A DNA stretch of 64,000 bases from the NCBI GenBank assembly GCA_963842085.1, contig CAWJET010000001.1, positions 1,280,001 through 1,344,000 on the forward strand, written 5' to 3'. Source of the stretch: an uncultured delta proteobacterium (lineage in GTDB: Bacteria; Desulfobacterota; Binatia; Binatales; Binataceae). The position numbers and the translations under genes were made by a program. A model generated the notes under the pieces. It was not told the DNA's origin. It saw only the letters and a program-made list of their open reading frames with translations, and made no database searches. Shown here in pieces: positions 61,433-64,000 of this stretch. Numbering within the stretch: the stretch's first letter is position 1; each line of letters opens with the position of its first letter.

Positions 61433-61646
61433 ACCTCGTCGGGGTCCTCAAAGGGACAACAAGGGCAATGGCCGAGTATCGCGGGGCAGCCATCCGACCG
61501 CAAACCGCCGTCAGCTCGGTGGATCTCGGTATCTGACGAGATCTGGATGATCTGCGAGCTAACTTGCATCGCGAGCCTGCTACCGCTAGTCTTACCATCA
61601 GTAGGAACGACCAGTAGGGACGGGAACGACTGGGAACGACAATTCG

Positions 61647-61871
61647 ATGAGCGTTGCAAAACTTTCGGTATCGCTTCCCCGCTCGCTGGCTGGATTCGTC
61701 GAAAGCTACCGCCAAAGGCGCGGTCTAACGACCCGCTCTCAGGTCTTCGAGGAAGCGCTAAAGCTGCTAAGAAGCAGAGAGTTGGAGACCGCTTACCGCG
61801 ACGCGAACGCGGAATTCGACAAGGATTGGGAGACCGCGACTTCGGATGCGCTGTCCGATGAGACGTGGTGA
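61647..61871 (+). CDS. RHH antitoxin
   Basis: KLSVSLP...RSQVFEEAL; overlaps toxin gene. Confidence 0.85.
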   Translation: MSVAKLSVSLPRSLAGFVESYRQRRGLTTRSQVFEEALKLLRSRELETAYRDANAEFDKDWETATSDALSDETW

Positions 61872-62190
61872 AATCTACTACGCGGACCTGAGCCCGGCGA
61901 TCGGGACTGAGATAAACAAGCGCCGGCCGGTGCTCATTGTCAGCAACGAAGCGAATAACCGGGCCGCGAACACAGTGACAGTCCTGCCCATCACCAACAT
62001 CAGCAGGATATATCCATTTGAAATTGCGCTCTCGCCCAAAGATAGCGGCCTGCCAAGGCCGTCGAAGGCTCAAGCGCAGCAGATCCGAACGATCTCCAAA
62101 GAACGCATCCGAGGCGATGCGTTGGGTCGTCTCGATGCTGCCATTATGAGCAAGGCTGCGGACGCGATGCGCCTTCACCTCGATCTCTAG
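61858..62190 (+). CDS. PemK/MazF-family toxin
   Basis: RGEIYYADL.P..G.E..KRRPVLIVS, QIRTISK.R. Confidence 0.93.
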   Translation: MRRGEIYYADLSPAIGTEINKRRPVLIVSNEANNRAANTVTVLPITNISRIYPFEIALSPKDSGLPRPSKAQAQQIRTISKERIRGDALGRLDAAIMSKAADAMRLHLDL

Positions 62191-62212
62191 ATCACCTCAA
62201 CCATCTCGTCGA

Positions 62213-62872
62213 TCAAATTTGCCTCCCCCATGTATCCAGGTATGCGAGCTGCTCGACTGGGCGCCGTATCAGCGGCCCATGCCCGCGCCCGACCGGATAG
62301 CCGATCGGAATCGCCGCTGCCGTATACCATGGATCGGGAATCGCCAGCAGCTTGCGCACTTCCGGCTCGCATTCGCACAGCAGGGTCGTCAGCACGCAAC
62401 CCAATCCTTCGGCGCGGCACGCGAGCAACAGGTTCTCGACGGCGGTGTAGACCGAGCCGCCGCCGACCACCGAAACCCGCTCCTGCTTCGCATCCGTGAT
62501 CGCCATGTTTTTCGGATTGAAGCAGAACACTGCGACGACCGGCGTCTGGCCGAAATGTTTGCCCAGGTAGTCGCCCGCTGCCAGCGTGCGTTCCGCTCGT
62601 GCGCGCGCCTCGGGCGACGCACTGGCGGGAATCGCGCCGCGGTATTGCTTCGAGTACGCAATCCATCGCTCGTTGTAGAGCCTGCCGAGCGGCTCTTTCA
62701 GTGCGCGATCCTTCACGACGACTATCCGCCATGGCTGGACGTTGCCGCCGGTCGGCGCCCAGGTCGCCGCTTCGAGCACGCGATGCAGCACGTCGTCGGC
62801 GATCGGGTCGGGCCGCAGCCGCCTGACGGCGCGCAGCGTGCGCATCGTTTCGTAGATTCCCATTTCGGCCAT
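62213..62872 (-). CDS. Nitroreductase family protein
   Basis: RAVRR, APTGGNVQPW, NLLLA.RAEGLG, IGYP. Confidence 0.92.
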   Translation of the reverse strand: MAEMGIYETMRTLRAVRRLRPDPIADDVLHRVLEAATWAPTGGNVQPWRIVVVKDRALKEPLGRLYNERWIAYSKQYRGAIPASASPEARARAERTLAAGDYLGKHFGQTPVVAVFCFNPKNMAITDAKQERVSVVGGGSVYTAVENLLLACRAEGLGCVLTTLLCECEPEVRKLLAIPDPWYTAAAIPIGYPVGRGHGPLIRRPVEQLAYLDTWGRQI

Positions 62873-62902
62873 GCCTGATTCTCCTTCCGGCTGCGCGCGC
62901 GT

Positions 62903-63796
62903 TCATCTCGCGCCAAGATGAGAGCGCAACATTCCGAGCGCCGCCAGCGCGAACAGCGCAAAGTCCATCGACGCGTGCGCGATGATCGATGCTTCCAGGC
63001 CGCGCCGCAAATACAAGCGCCCGAACACGACTCCCTCCCACGTCTGCGGCATCACCAATCCGCCGAGCAGAAGCCGCGGCGCGCTGTTGAACAGGGTCCC
63101 GGCCAGCGGCGCCAGGTGAATTATTCCGAACAGGTAGCCTTGTGCCAGCGTTACGATCCAGAGCGCGCGGCGTCCCGGATGGCCCCGCGAGTCGCGCGAC
63201 ATCAGCCGTGCGACCCATCCGAATAGTGCATACAGCACCAGTCGAAACTGGATTTCCTCGCTGACGGCCGCCGCGATCGCGACCGACGCTCCGACCATCG
63301 CGATACGGCCCGGCGCCACGGTCAGCATCGGCGTGTTCGGCAACTTGAAGCCCGCGCCGCCATGATGGATCAGCAGCAGCGGCACGATCAGGATCGCCAG
63401 CACGCTCGCGCCCGCCACCGCCGCCAATATCGCGTAGCCAATCGAGACTCGCAGCAGGCTGCGAATCGAGAAATGTAGTCTCTCGCCCGCGAACTTTGCC
63501 GCGAGCAGTGGCGCACCGGGCAACCCGAGTTCGCCGTTGAGTCGAAGGGTCAGCGGAATCAATGATGCGAGCACCACCGTGACGCCCAGGAAAGGGAGCG
63601 CGCGCACGAGTTCCGAGCGTGCGAGCGATTTGAGTGCGAATGCGAGCGGATATTCGATTACCGCGCCGGCGATCGCCAGCGCCGCCAGCAGCGCCGACTC
63701 GCGCCGCCGCGCCGCGCGCTGCGCGACGCCGCCGCGGTCCGCCGCGGTGCGGCTCGCCGGCGCGTCACCGGGGGCGTCTGCGGCCGGCTCGCTCAC
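62903..63796 (-). CDS. CPBP (Abi) intramembrane protease family protein
   Basis: EEIQFR, FGIIH, IIAHASMD; GTG start overlapping upstream stop. Confidence 0.85.
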   Translation of the reverse strand: MSEPAADAPGDAPASRTAADRGGVAQRAARRRESALLAALAIAGAVIEYPLAFALKSLARSELVRALPFLGVTVVLASLIPLTLRLNGELGLPGAPLLAAKFAGERLHFSIRSLLRVSIGYAILAAVAGASVLAILIVPLLLIHHGGAGFKLPNTPMLTVAPGRIAMVGASVAIAAAVSEEIQFRLVLYALFGWVARLMSRDSRGHPGRRALWIVTLAQGYLFGIIHLAPLAGTLFNSAPRLLLGGLVMPQTWEGVVFGRLYLRRGLEASIIAHASMDFALFALAALGMLRSHLGAR

Positions 63797-64000
63797 TTGA
63801 TCGTCGGGAGAAATTCGGGGATGTCCTTCGACGGCTTCATCTTCCACTTGGGCTTGCGCTTCTCGACGAACGCGCTGACGCCCTCGTAGGAGTCGGGTTG
63901 CTTGCCCGCCCACACGAACGCCCGTGTGTCGGCCGCCTGCGCCTTCTCCGTTTCCGGCTCCGCGAGCAGTGCGTAGATCAGCCGCTTGGTTATCGCGACC
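63793..64000 (-). CDS. Enoyl-CoA hydratase/isomerase family, C-terminal part
   Basis: VAITKRLI...DSYEGVSAFVEKRKPKW; runs off the window. Confidence 0.8.
   Translation of the reverse strand, partial: VAITKRLIYALLAEPETEKAQAADTRAFVWAGKQPDSYEGVSAFVEKRKPKWKMKPSKDIPEFLPTIK

Noticed and set aside
1-64000. CRISPR array, rRNA, prophage structural genes
   Set aside because: No regularly spaced repeat-spacer units, rRNA-like tracts or phage genes seen by eye

Overview
GC-rich bacterial DNA in two parts. Left (1-29356): the right-hand part of a decayed integrative element ending in the 3' half of a tRNA-Met (att-like, 29315-29356). Its core has a tyrosine integrase, excisionase, MobF relaxase-helicase, coupling protein cut by an IS3, a lone pilin and an XRE/ImmA pair. 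Leftward lies apparent cargo: two different tandem kdp operons, a His-less PAS kinase homologue, a sigma54 activator, USP proteins, a cNMP-domain cation/proton antiporter and a degenerate PII-like protein. Four to five of these units have a sigma54 -24/-12 box with a TTTCA-N3-TGAAA palindrome upstream, suggesting a non-canonical potassium regulon. Two identical 127-bp MITEs also lie here. Right (29.4-64 kb): DUF1326/DUF2182, a ba3-type oxidase, monooxygenase, pyruvate kinase, MgtA, PncA, PolX, a putative TetR regulon (TGACA-N7-TGTCA at four sites) including a 1465-aa G8/CEMIP-like protein inside a degenerate duplication, glgP and a MazEF-like pair. All calls are by eye; no searches were run.
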